Assembly: GCA_023263845.1 (NCBI GenBank)
Contig: JALQUH010000013.1
Location: forward strand, 1-47,697
DNA length: 47,697 nt
Source of the DNA: Candidatus Nanopelagicales bacterium
GTDB taxonomy: Bacteria > Actinomycetota > Actinomycetes > S36-B12
Direction of reading: 5' to 3'
The notes beneath the pieces were generated by a model, which ran no database searches, was not told the origin of the DNA, and saw only the letters and a program-made list of their open reading frames with translations. This document shows positions 27,815 to 36,458 of the stretch, piece by piece (the first letter of the stretch is position 1; each line of letters starts with the position of its first letter). Made by a program: the position numbers and the translations under genes.

Positions 27815-28099
27815 ATGGCCCGACAGTACGCCGCCCCAGTGACAGACGTTGCTCTCACTGCTCGTCGGCCCATGCGGTTCACCTGGCAGGGCCGGGGGTA
27901 CGTCGTCACCGCCGTCCTCGGCCACTGGGTGAGCGGGGCTGCCTGGTGGCGGGCTCCGGAGCAGCCCAACGACGACACCCACACCTGGCGGGTGGAGGCC
28001 TTCCCTCGATCGGCGTCCCGTTCGGCGATCGCTCGCTCCGGGGTCTACGACCTGTCCTGCTCCGGCGAGGGCTGGACCCTGCACCGCATTGCTGACTGA
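27815..28099 (+). CDS. DUF6504 family protein (stand-alone ImuB-C-like domain)
   Basis: AGGAGG RBS; pattern P-x-x-F-x-W-x-G...V...HW-x5-WW...WRV...GVYDL...W-x-L...D. Confidence 0.8.
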   Translation: MARQYAAPVTDVALTARRPMRFTWQGRGYVVTAVLGHWVSGAAWWRAPEQPNDDTHTWRVEAFPRSASRSAIARSGVYDLSCSGEGWTLHRIAD

Positions 28100-28124
28100 C
28101 CTGCACGACCAGACCTGCACGACC
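28098..28124 (+). repeat. 13-bp direct repeat (GACCTGCACGACC x2)
   Basis: Exact copies at 28098-28110 and 28112-28124. Confidence 0.85.
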
Positions 28125-28143
28125 TAAACCGATGGGAGGCGTC

Positions 28144-28542
28144 ATGAGACCCACCACCCCCAGTGCCGACCTGCTCGCCGCCGCCCAGCGTGGATTGACC
28201 GAGGCTGCCATCGCTGAGACAGCGGGAGATCGCTACGCGCGGGCGCATCTGTCTGCATTGCGGTCGGCCGCCGCGGTGTTGGCGGCGCGCGCCCAGCCGA
28301 GCAAGGGCCGTGCGCGACTGCGCAGTGTGTGGTCAGTACTCGCGACTGTTGCTCCAGAGTTGGCGGAATGGGCCGATTTCTTCGCTGCCAGTGCGACCAA
28401 GCGTGCGGCTGCCGAGGCCGGACTGCCCGTCGTCTCCCAACGCGAGGCTGATGACCTCATGCGCGATGCCGAGATCTTCCACGACCAGGTGTGCGCACTG
28501 CTGCACATCGACCGGCAGCAGGCCCTGCCGGCGACGGGGTGA
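28144..28542 (+). CDS. SAV_6107 family HEPN-domain protein
   Basis: Motifs RYARAHLSALRSAAAVLA, W-x-x-L-x-x-VAPELAEWA-x-FF, KRAAAEAG and READDL. GGAGG RBS. Confidence 0.85.
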   Translation: MRPTTPSADLLAAAQRGLTEAAIAETAGDRYARAHLSALRSAAAVLAARAQPSKGRARLRSVWSVLATVAPELAEWADFFAASATKRAAAEAGLPVVSQREADDLMRDAEIFHDQVCALLHIDRQQALPATG

Positions 28543-28552
28543 GGCGCGTGCC

Positions 28553-31500
28553 GTGGAGTTCGCCCACCTCCACGTGGCGTCGGCGTATTCGCTGCGTCAC
28601 GGCGCTTCGATGCCGTCCGAGCTTGCCGCACATGCGGCCGAGCATGGTCAACCGCTGCTCGCGCTCACCGATCGTGACGGTGTCTACGGTGCGGTGCGCT
28701 TCGTTCAGGCTTGCGCGGCACACGGCATCGCTCCCGTCCTCGGTGTCGACCTAGCGCTCGACCTGCCACACGTTGGTGACGCTCAATCGCCTCTGCCTCC
28801 GGTGATTGGAGTGAGCCCGACCCGGGGCGGTGCGTGGGTGGACCCCCGCCACCCACGCGCCGTCCTCCTCGCCCGTGATCGACGCGGCTGGGCATCGTTA
28901 TGTCACCTCATCAGTGCGGTGCATTCGACGCGGGCGACCGAGGGTGGTCACGCCGATGCCCGCGGTGTTGCCGCGACCATGGAACAGATTGCTGCGCACT
29001 CCGATGGCCTCATCGCAATGCTTGGCCCGCACTCACCGCTCCTCGAAGCGCTTGCCGTGCAGCGACCGGATCTCGCTGACTCACTTGTTGCACCCTGGCA
29101 CGAGATCTTCGGCGACGCACTGCGCATCGAGATCGTCAGTCACCGTGCCCAGCGCGGCACCCTGTCCACGATCACTGCTGCGCGTGCACTCGGTTGGGCA
29201 CGTGAACGCGGCATCACCCCCGTCCTCACCCACGCCGTCCGCTACGCCACCCCGCGTCAGGCTCGCGTGGTCGACGTCCTGGACTCTGCCCGCCGACTGG
29301 TACCCCTTGACGAGCGACACCGGGACCGGCCCAACGCCCAGGGCTTCCTCGCTCCCACTTCCTTCATGGCTGAGATCGCCAACGAGATCGCCCGTGCGGC
29401 CGGTGCGGGTCGTCGTATTGCGCGTGATCTTCTTGTCGCTGCCGTCGAGACTGCCCAGGAGTGCGCGCTCACTCCCGCCGATCTCGGCATCGGCGAGATC
29501 GCCGTCCCTGAGTTAGACGTCATCACTTCTCCCGCGCGTGTCGAGTTGCGGGGCGAAAATTCACAAAATTCGCCCCGCAACTCAACACTCGGCGATGGAG
29601 ACAAAGAGGGGGATGCGCTGTTGCGGGCGCGTTGCGAACGGGCGCTGGATCGCTACCGCGGCGCCGAACGCATCGCGGCCCGCCACCGCCTTGAATCCGA
29701 ACTCCACACCATCGCCACCTTGCAGTTCGCCACCTATTTCCTCACCGTCGCTGAGGTCGTTGACCTCACTCGAGATCTCGGCATCCGCGTGGCCGCACGC
29801 GGATCGGGTGCAGGCAGCCTGGTCAACCACCTGCTCGGCATCTCCGGCATCGATCCGATGCGCTACGGCCTGCTCATGGAGCGCTTCTGCACCCCGCTAC
29901 GTCGGCAACTTCCCGACATCGACATCGACGTCGAATCCGCGCGACGTCTTGAGGTCTACGACGCGATCTTCGAACGTTTCGGCGATCAACGTGTCGCCAC
30001 CGTGTCGATGATGGAGACCTACCGCGTGCGCCACGCCATCCGCGATGTCGGAGCGGCCCTCGCCCTACCGCCCGGTGAGGTCGACGCCCTCGCCAAGGCC
30101 TTCCCACATATCCGCGCGCGCGATGCGCGCAATGCTCTGCGCGACCTGCCTGAGTTGCGCACCTCCGGCCTCGGTCGCATGACCGAGCGCGGTGAACTCG
30201 ATCATTTCTGGGAACTTGTCGAAGGCCTGGATGGCCTGCCCCGTCACGTCGCCATGCATCCCTGCGGTGTCCTGCTCTCCGACACCAGCCTGCTCGATCG
30301 CACCCCGGTCGAGCCCAGTGGCCAGGGCTACCCGATGAGTCAGTTCGACAAGGACGATGTCGAGACCCTCGGTCTGCTCAAACTCGACGTCCTCGGCGTC
30401 CGCATGCAGTCCGCCCTCGCCCACGCCGTCGCCGAGGTCGAACGCGTCGACCACGAACAGGTTCATCTCGATGCGGTCCCACTCGATGACCCGCTCACCT
30501 ACGCGCTCATCTCCTCCACGCACACCCTCGGCTGCTTCCAGATCGAGTCACCCGGTCAGCGCGAACTCGTCGGCAAGTTCGCCCCATCGACCTTCGACGA
30601 CATCATCATCGACATCTCGCTCTTCCGTCCCGGCCCGGTGAAGTCCGACATGGTCACGCCCTTCCTCAAGGCACGTCAGGGCTGGGCCGATCCGATGTAC
30701 GTCCATGACGATCTGCGACCGATCCTCGCCGAGACGCAAGGTGTCGTGGTCTTCCACGAGCAGGTGCTCCGCATTGTGGCCACCATGACCGGCTGCTCCC
30801 TCGCCGAAGCCGACGAGACCCGACGTGCGATGGGGTCACCGCAGGGGCAGGACGACGTACGCGCCTGGTTCTATCCCGCCGCCATCGCACACGGCTATGA
30901 CCTCGTGACCGTCGAGAAGGTGTGGGAGGTGCTGCGTGCCTTCGCCTCCTTCGGCTTCTGCAAGGCCCATGCGGCAGCGTTCGCACTGCCCACCTACCAG
31001 TCGGCGTGGTTCAAGGCCCACCACCCGGCGGCCTTCCTGGCCGGCGTCCTCACCCACGATCCGGGGATGTATCCCAAGCGGCTCATCCTCGACGACGCCC
31101 GCAACCTCGGCATCGCGATCCTGCCGCTCGACGTCAATCGATCGGGTGAGACGTACTCCATCGAGCGTGTCCTGCCCGGCGACGAACCACCACCATCAAT
31201 CCTCGGCGCACCGTCACGCTCGGCTCCACCGCCGGAGTTGCCCGACGGTCGCGACTACGGCATCCGCCTCTCCCTCGCCGACGTCAAGGGCATGAGCGAG
31301 GCCGAGATGCAGCGCATCGTGGCGCGCCGGCCGTACTCCTCGCTGTCGGACTTCTGGCATCGCGCTGCGGTGAGTCAGCCGATCGCCGAGCGGCTCGTCC
31401 TCGCTGGGGGATTCGACTCGCTGTATTCCATCGATACCGCGTACGCCGTAGACCTCGGTCCACATCTGCGTCGCCGCCACCGAGTGACTCGACGCGACCT

Positions 31501-32272
31501 GCTCCTGCAGGTGGCTGATCTCGCCCGCGGTGGCCCACGACGCGCGAAGACCGAGAGTCATGTCGAACAACTCAGTTTCGATTCCCTACAGGTCGATGCG
31601 CCGCCACCCATCACCGGGCTGCCGGAGATGGGTCCGGCCGATCGGGTCCGTGCCGAGTTGGAGATCCTCGGTCTCGACGTCAGCCACCACGTCGTTGACT
31701 TCTACGCCTCCATGCTCACCGCACTGAGTGCGATGCATCCACCGCTGGTGCGTGCCCGCGATCTGCTCAGTTGCCGCTCGCAGGGCCAGATCCTCATCAG
31801 TGGGGTCAAGGTCGCCACCCAGACCCCACCGGTGCGCTCCGGGCGCCGTGTCATCTTCACCACCCTCGACGATGCGACCGGCCCGGTCGATGCCACCTTC
31901 TTCGATGACGCCCAGGGTCCCTATGCCAGCACCGTCTTCGGCTCCTGGCTGCTGCTGGTGCGCGGTGAGGTACGCCGTACCGGCCCGCGGGGAGTGTCGG
32001 TGCGCGCCACCGGCGCCTGGGATCTCGGCGTCGTCCACGAGGTGTGGTCGGCCGGGGGAGTCGACGCGGTGCGCGACCTCATCGATGGCTCACCGCAGCC
32101 GACCGCGCAGGCTGGATCACGTCGGGTCCTGGTGCATGCCTCCGGTTTCCGGCAATCGCCGTACGCCGACATCAAGCCGGCCGGCGAGGATCCCGGGCGG
32201 ATACCGGGTGGCAACCGGACCCCCGCTCCCGCAAAACTGTGGCACTCCAGTCCCGGGAGCAGCGGATGGTGA
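28553..32272 (+). CDS. dnaE2: Error-prone DNA polymerase III alpha paralog (DnaE2 type)
   Basis: Degenerate PHP domain (HLHVAS, TDR, THAVRY); RGSGAGS; catalytic PDIDID and KLDVLG; FQIESPGQ; GFCKAHA; OB fold. Lies behind a LexA box. Confidence 0.9.
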   Translation: MEFAHLHVASAYSLRHGASMPSELAAHAAEHGQPLLALTDRDGVYGAVRFVQACAAHGIAPVLGVDLALDLPHVGDAQSPLPPVIGVSPTRGGAWVDPRHPRAVLLARDRRGWASLCHLISAVHSTRATEGGHADARGVAATMEQIAAHSDGLIAMLGPHSPLLEALAVQRPDLADSLVAPWHEIFGDALRIEIVSHRAQRGTLSTITAARALGWARERGITPVLTHAVRYATPRQARVVDVLDSARRLVPLDERHRDRPNAQGFLAPTSFMAEIANEIARAAGAGRRIARDLLVAAVETAQECALTPADLGIGEIAVPELDVITSPARVELRGENSQNSPRNSTLGDGDKEGDALLRARCERALDRYRGAERIAARHRLESELHTIATLQFATYFLTVAEVVDLTRDLGIRVAARGSGAGSLVNHLLGISGIDPMRYGLLMERFCTPLRRQLPDIDIDVESARRLEVYDAIFERFGDQRVATVSMMETYRVRHAIRDVGAALALPPGEVDALAKAFPHIRARDARNALRDLPELRTSGLGRMTERGELDHFWELVEGLDGLPRHVAMHPCGVLLSDTSLLDRTPVEPSGQGYPMSQFDKDDVETLGLLKLDVLGVRMQSALAHAVAEVERVDHEQVHLDAVPLDDPLTYALISSTHTLGCFQIESPGQRELVGKFAPSTFDDIIIDISLFRPGPVKSDMVTPFLKARQGWADPMYVHDDLRPILAETQGVVVFHEQVLRIVATMTGCSLAEADETRRAMGSPQGQDDVRAWFYPAAIAHGYDLVTVEKVWEVLRAFASFGFCKAHAAAFALPTYQSAWFKAHHPAAFLAGVLTHDPGMYPKRLILDDARNLGIAILPLDVNRSGETYSIERVLPGDEPPPSILGAPSRSAPPPELPDGRDYGIRLSLADVKGMSEAEMQRIVARRPYSSLSDFWHRAAVSQPIAERLVLAGGFDSLYSIDTAYAVDLGPHLRRRHRVTRRDLLLQVADLARGGPRRAKTESHVEQLSFDSLQVDAPPPITGLPEMGPADRVRAELEILGLDVSHHVVDFYASMLTALSAMHPPLVRARDLLSCRSQGQILISGVKVATQTPPVRSGRRVIFTTLDDATGPVDATFFDDAQGPYASTVFGSWLLLVRGEVRRTGPRGVSVRATGAWDLGVVHEVWSAGGVDAVRDLIDGSPQPTAQAGSRRVLVHASGFRQSPYADIKPAGEDPGRIPGGNRTPAPAKLWHSSPGSSGW
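29538..29588. repeat. Palindromic element inside dnaE2
   Basis: GTGTCGAGTTGCGGGGCGAA, 11-nt loop AATTCACAAAA, then TTCGCCCCGCAACTCAACAC: a 20-bp stem with one mismatch. Confidence 0.9.
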
Positions 32273-32309
32273 CCCGTTCGCGCGAAGATGTCCTGGTGAG
32301 GTGCCGGGC

Positions 32310-33545
32310 ATGAGCCGCAGCCAGATCCGCCGCGTGGCGAGTCAGACCGACCTCGGCTCCGACGACAGCGGCTGCACGATCCTGCACATCGACATGGATG
32401 CTTTCTATGCCTCCGTCGAACTCATCACCCGCCCGGAGTTGCGCGGCAAGCCCGTCATCGTCGGCGGCGGTGGGCGCGGCGTCGTGCTCTCTGCCACCTA
32501 CGAAGCCCGCGCGATGGGCGTGCATTCGGCGATGCCGATGTCCCGTGCCCGGAGGGCTGCACCCGACGCCATCGTCATCGAACCGAGCCATCACCGTTAC
32601 GCCGAGGTCAGCGCTGGAGTGATGGCATTGTTCAACTCCATCACTCCACTCGTCGAACCGCTCAGCCTGGACGAAGCCTTCCTCGATGTCTCCGGTGCGT
32701 GGCGCCGACTCGGCTCACCGACGGCGATTGCTGAGTTGATCCGTGCCCGCGTGTACGACGAGCAACGCATCACCTGCAGTGTCGGTGTTGCCCCGACCAA
32801 GTTCGTCGCCAAACTCGCCTCTACCCAGATCAAACCTGACGGTCTGCTTGTCGTTCCGGCCGACAAGGTCGTGTCTTTCCTCCACCCGCTGCCGGTTGGT
32901 GCGCTGTGGGGGGTGGGGGAACGTACCGAGGAGCGCCTGATCTCCCTTGGCCTGCGCACCGTCGGCGATATCGCCCACACCCCGGTCGACACCCTCACCC
33001 GCGCCCTCGGCCAATCCGCCGGTCAGCGGCTCTATGACCTGTCCTGGGGGCGTGATGACCGCGATGTCATCCCCGATGTTGCCGAGAAGTCCATCGGCAA
33101 CGAGGAGACCTTCGGCCGCGATGTTGACGATCCCGAGGTGGTTGCCCGCGAGTTCCTCCGGCTGTCGCAGAAGGTGGCCGCGCGCGTACGCCGCCAGGGT
33201 CTTCTCGGCCGCACCGTGGTGATCAAGGTGCGGTTCGCCGACTTCACCACCATCACCCGCTCCCGCACCCTGCCCGAACCGACCGACGTCGGCCAGGTCG
33301 TCTACGCGACTGCTCGGGAGCTCTATGCGGCCCTCGGGCTGCAGCGGGCTCGCATCCGCCTGGTCGGTGTCCGCCTAGAGGGACTCATCGAGGAGTCGGC
33401 CCGGACCGAGCAACTGCTCTTCGACGCGCCCGGATCGGACACGCCAGCCGATCGGCGGGCCGCTGAGGTGGCGGCCGACCGGCTGCGGGACCGATTCGGT
33501 GATGACGTCGTGCGGCCGGCCCGGCTGTGGAGCGACCCCGAGTGA
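32310..33545 (+). CDS. dinB: DNA polymerase IV (Y family)
   Basis: Motifs ILHIDMDAFYASVE, YEAR-x-x-GV-x-S-x-MP, SLDEAFLD, AKLAS-x3-KPDG, KSIG-x-E-x-TF and RLVGV; clamp motif QLLF. Confidence 0.95.
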   Translation: MSRSQIRRVASQTDLGSDDSGCTILHIDMDAFYASVELITRPELRGKPVIVGGGGRGVVLSATYEARAMGVHSAMPMSRARRAAPDAIVIEPSHHRYAEVSAGVMALFNSITPLVEPLSLDEAFLDVSGAWRRLGSPTAIAELIRARVYDEQRITCSVGVAPTKFVAKLASTQIKPDGLLVVPADKVVSFLHPLPVGALWGVGERTEERLISLGLRTVGDIAHTPVDTLTRALGQSAGQRLYDLSWGRDDRDVIPDVAEKSIGNEETFGRDVDDPEVVAREFLRLSQKVAARVRRQGLLGRTVVIKVRFADFTTITRSRTLPEPTDVGQVVYATARELYAALGLQRARIRLVGVRLEGLIEESARTEQLLFDAPGSDTPADRRAAEVAADRLRDRFGDDVVRPARLWSDPE

Positions 33546-33742
33546 GGGCTGCCCGGCGGGCTGATTGTGCGCTGAGGGTGCGGATTCTCGGCCTTCCGGG
33601 CGCCCCATCGGGGCCCGGCCGCCGCCGCCGGCTCGTCCAGAGGCCAGCCACTGGAGGAATCCGGACCGAATCCGCCATCCCGGGTTTCCAGATGCGGCCG
33701 GGGTGCCTATCCTTAGACCAGTACCGGTGAAGGAGGTGTCAG

Positions 33743-34147
33743 GTGCCGCTGTCCGAGCATGAGCAACGTCTGCTGGAGCAGATGGAGCAGGCCCTCTATG
33801 CCGAGGACCCCAAATTCGCTACGTCGTTGCGCAATACCTCCGGCGGGCGCGCCAGCCGCGGTCGCGCCGCCCTTGGCGTCCTGATCCTCATCGCCGGTGT
33901 GGCCATGCTCATGGGCGGTGTCGTTGTTCCGCTGATCCCCCTCGGGGTTGCCGGGTTCGTCGTGATGACCGTGGGTGCCACGCTTGCCTACCTCGGACTG
34001 CGTTCTCGCCCCGCGGCTGCGGCCCAGAGCGCCGAGGGCGACCCACAGGCGCCCCAGGGCAACGGCCCACGCGCCCCGAAGCAATCCTCCGGCTTCATGA
34101 ACAACCTTGAAGATCGCTGGCGCAAGCGTCGCGATCAGGACTTGTAG
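33743..34147 (+). CDS. DUF3040 domain membrane protein
   Basis: MPLSEHEQRLLEQMEQALYAEDPKFA, two TM, and FM-x-x-LEDRW-x-x-R. AAGGAGG RBS. Confidence 0.92.
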   Translation: MPLSEHEQRLLEQMEQALYAEDPKFATSLRNTSGGRASRGRAALGVLILIAGVAMLMGGVVVPLIPLGVAGFVVMTVGATLAYLGLRSRPAAAAQSAEGDPQAPQGNGPRAPKQSSGFMNNLEDRWRKRRDQDL

Positions 34148-34160
34148 GCCACGCCCTCCG

Positions 34161-36458
34161 CTAAACGCCCGCGGTTTCCCTCTGCGGCGCCTGCTCGATC
34201 TGCTCCCCACCACCGATGAGCGAGCCCGGCAACAGCACACTTCGCAACCGAGCGCGCCGGTCCGCCGCAACCCATGCCGCTTTTCGCAGGGTGGCCAGAT
34301 CCTGACGCAGCTCAGCCGGGGCGGATGCGACGATCTGCTCCGGCGCGGCGTAGCGCACCTGCTCCACCCACCACACCAATCGCCGCAGCGCTGCGCGCTC
34401 GTCCTCGCCGAGCGGCATCTGCTGGACCAGGCGGTTGCTTGCCTGCCGCGGTGTGTCAGCGATCGACCAGCGCCATCCCAGATCCCGCACCTCATCGCCC
34501 CATTCCTGCCAGGTGCCCTCGATTCGGGCTCGAGGGTCGGGCAGGGACGTACGCCGGCGTCGACGCCAGCGCACCGCGAGACCGGGTAGGGCGAGCAAGA
34601 GCGCGAGCGTGACCAGCACCGCAACGATCGACCACACCGGCAGCAAACTCCCGCCGCTAGTGGCGGGCGCGGCATCGACACGATCGGCCGGAGTGGGCTG
34701 TGGTGCCGTGGGCTCGTTAGCTGCGTTTGGCGACTGGTCGCGGCTGCTGCCGTAGTCCGGTTGTGTCACGCCGGCGCCGATTCGAGGTGTCGGTTCAAAC
34801 CGCACCCATCCGATGCCGGACATCCACAATTCTGGCCACGCGTGCGCGTTGCGGGCCTGAACGACGTACGTGCCGTCGTCATCCTCCACCCCCGAGGTGA
34901 AGCCGATCACCACGCGTGAGGGGATACCGACCGAGCGCGCCATCAGCGCCATCGTTCCGGCGAACTGCTGGCAGTATCCGATGCGCTCGTCGAGGAAGGA
35001 CTGCAACGGATCGGCACCGGGCGGCGTGATCACCTGCGTGCTGTAGCTGTAGCCGCCATCGCGGGTGAAGTAGTCGACCAGCGCACGGGCCTTCGCATAC
35101 GGCGTGTTCGCGTTCGCCGTGACCTCATCCGCGATGCGGGCCAGGTCCGGCGTGAGCCCATCCGGAAGCGCCAGCCACGGAACGAGGGGATCCGGGGCTC
35201 GTTTGATGGCATCGCGAAGTTCGGCCCGGGTGGGATCGAGCTGGTACGCCGTCACGGCGTACGTCGACCCCGCAGCGGAGACGCCGGATCCCGCCACCGT
35301 GCGGGTCTGGGGATCCCAACTCCACCGGTCATCAAGTGGCTCGCTGATGCCACGAACAGCCGTTGCGGCGTACGGCACTGGCAGTTGGGCGTTGTCCAGG
35401 TCGCTGATCGCGATGTCGGCGGTGAAGTCGGGGAGCTGGGCGACCCCGGGGGCGTCTGGCGGCGCGAGTTCTTCGCTCAGCGGCGTCCGCACAGCCACGT
35501 CTCCGGCCCGCCAGGTCTCTCCGTCGAACTCGTCGAGCACGACGAGGCGGAGGTAGTCGGGGGCGGGGGCATCGGTGGTGTAGCGCAGGACCTCGCGTTC
35601 GGGATTGTCGACCAGATCCCGGCGTAGCGTGACGAACGGGTCGATGCTGACCGGTCCGCTGTCGCCGATGCCGGGTCGGGACCCGGAGGAGCTCACGAAC
35701 ACCGGCTCGCTCAGGCCGGGAATGAAGGTCGGCAGGAGTACGGCGGCGAGGATCGCCACGATGGCGGCTTGGAGCGCGAGCAGTCCGGACCAGGCCGAGG
35801 CGCGCGCCGCCCGGGGATGGGCGCTCGATCCTGCGGCGGCGCCGGTCGGTGCCGCAGGGCGCGGGATAAGAGGCCCCCATGTGCGGGCGTCATCTCGAGC
35901 GTCGACCGCCAGAAGAAGCAACCACCCGGATACCGCGATGGGCAGCAGCCACCAGGTGACCCCGCCGGGGATGACGGCCGCCGGTAGCGCGTACACCAGC
36001 AGCAGGGGCGCGCCGGCCAGGGCTGGCAGCCGCAATGTCACGCCGATGGCGTCCACGACGAGGGCCACCAGCCCGAGGCCACCCACGGCAAGGAAGACCA
36101 GCGTTGGATCGGTGGGCACCGGGGAAAGAACCGTCTCCGCTTCGGTGAGTGCGGTGCGGGCGAGGTCCTGTAGCTCGCCGATGGCCATGGGGCCGGGCAG
36201 GAACCCGAGCACGGCGGCGGGCTGCACGTAGAGCCAGGTGAGCCAGGTGAGGAGCACAAGCAACTGGGCAATCGGCTGCAGTGGCGGGGTCAGGGCCACG
36301 GCGCGGGAGAGGGCGCCGGTGAGCGCGACCAGGAGAACGGCGACAAGGGTCGGGGCCACCCAGGACAGCCCGGCGAAGAGCGGGATGACGCTCACCGCTG
36401 CGGTGACGGTGGCCAAGGCCGCCGCGGCGGTGGCGCCCGGCCGCATGCGCGCGATCAA
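34161..36458 (-). CDS. Membrane transglutaminase-like protein (TgpA; DUF3488 + TGase core + DUF4129)
   Basis: N-terminal TMs; catalytic motifs GYCQQFA, AHAWPE and W-x-x-FEPTP; C-terminal TM. Confidence 0.92.
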   Translation of the reverse strand: MIARMRPGATAAAALATVTAAVSVIPLFAGLSWVAPTLVAVLLVALTGALSRAVALTPPLQPIAQLLVLLTWLTWLYVQPAAVLGFLPGPMAIGELQDLARTALTEAETVLSPVPTDPTLVFLAVGGLGLVALVVDAIGVTLRLPALAGAPLLLVYALPAAVIPGGVTWWLLPIAVSGWLLLLAVDARDDARTWGPLIPRPAAPTGAAAGSSAHPRAARASAWSGLLALQAAIVAILAAVLLPTFIPGLSEPVFVSSSGSRPGIGDSGPVSIDPFVTLRRDLVDNPEREVLRYTTDAPAPDYLRLVVLDEFDGETWRAGDVAVRTPLSEELAPPDAPGVAQLPDFTADIAISDLDNAQLPVPYAATAVRGISEPLDDRWSWDPQTRTVAGSGVSAAGSTYAVTAYQLDPTRAELRDAIKRAPDPLVPWLALPDGLTPDLARIADEVTANANTPYAKARALVDYFTRDGGYSYSTQVITPPGADPLQSFLDERIGYCQQFAGTMALMARSVGIPSRVVIGFTSGVEDDDGTYVVQARNAHAWPELWMSGIGWVRFEPTPRIGAGVTQPDYGSSRDQSPNAANEPTAPQPTPADRVDAAPATSGGSLLPVWSIVAVLVTLALLLALPGLAVRWRRRRRTSLPDPRARIEGTWQEWGDEVRDLGWRWSIADTPRQASNRLVQQMPLGEDERAALRRLVWWVEQVRYAAPEQIVASAPAELRQDLATLRKAAWVAADRRARLRSVLLPGSLIGGGEQIEQAPQRETAGV

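Noticed and set aside
28310-28552. N-terminal extension of DnaE2 in the ORF track
   Set aside because: It overlaps the HEPN gene in another frame. PHP homology starts at GTG 28553.
29538-29588. Intein or intron in dnaE2
   Set aside because: The insert is only about 50 nt, with no intein terminal motifs or intron-sized structure.
31728-32309. DnaE2-DinB overlap or programmed frameshift fusion
   Set aside because: The upstream part of the 605-aa ORF is off-frame dnaE2 sequence. DnaE2 ends with its own tail and DinB has a separate ATG at 32310.
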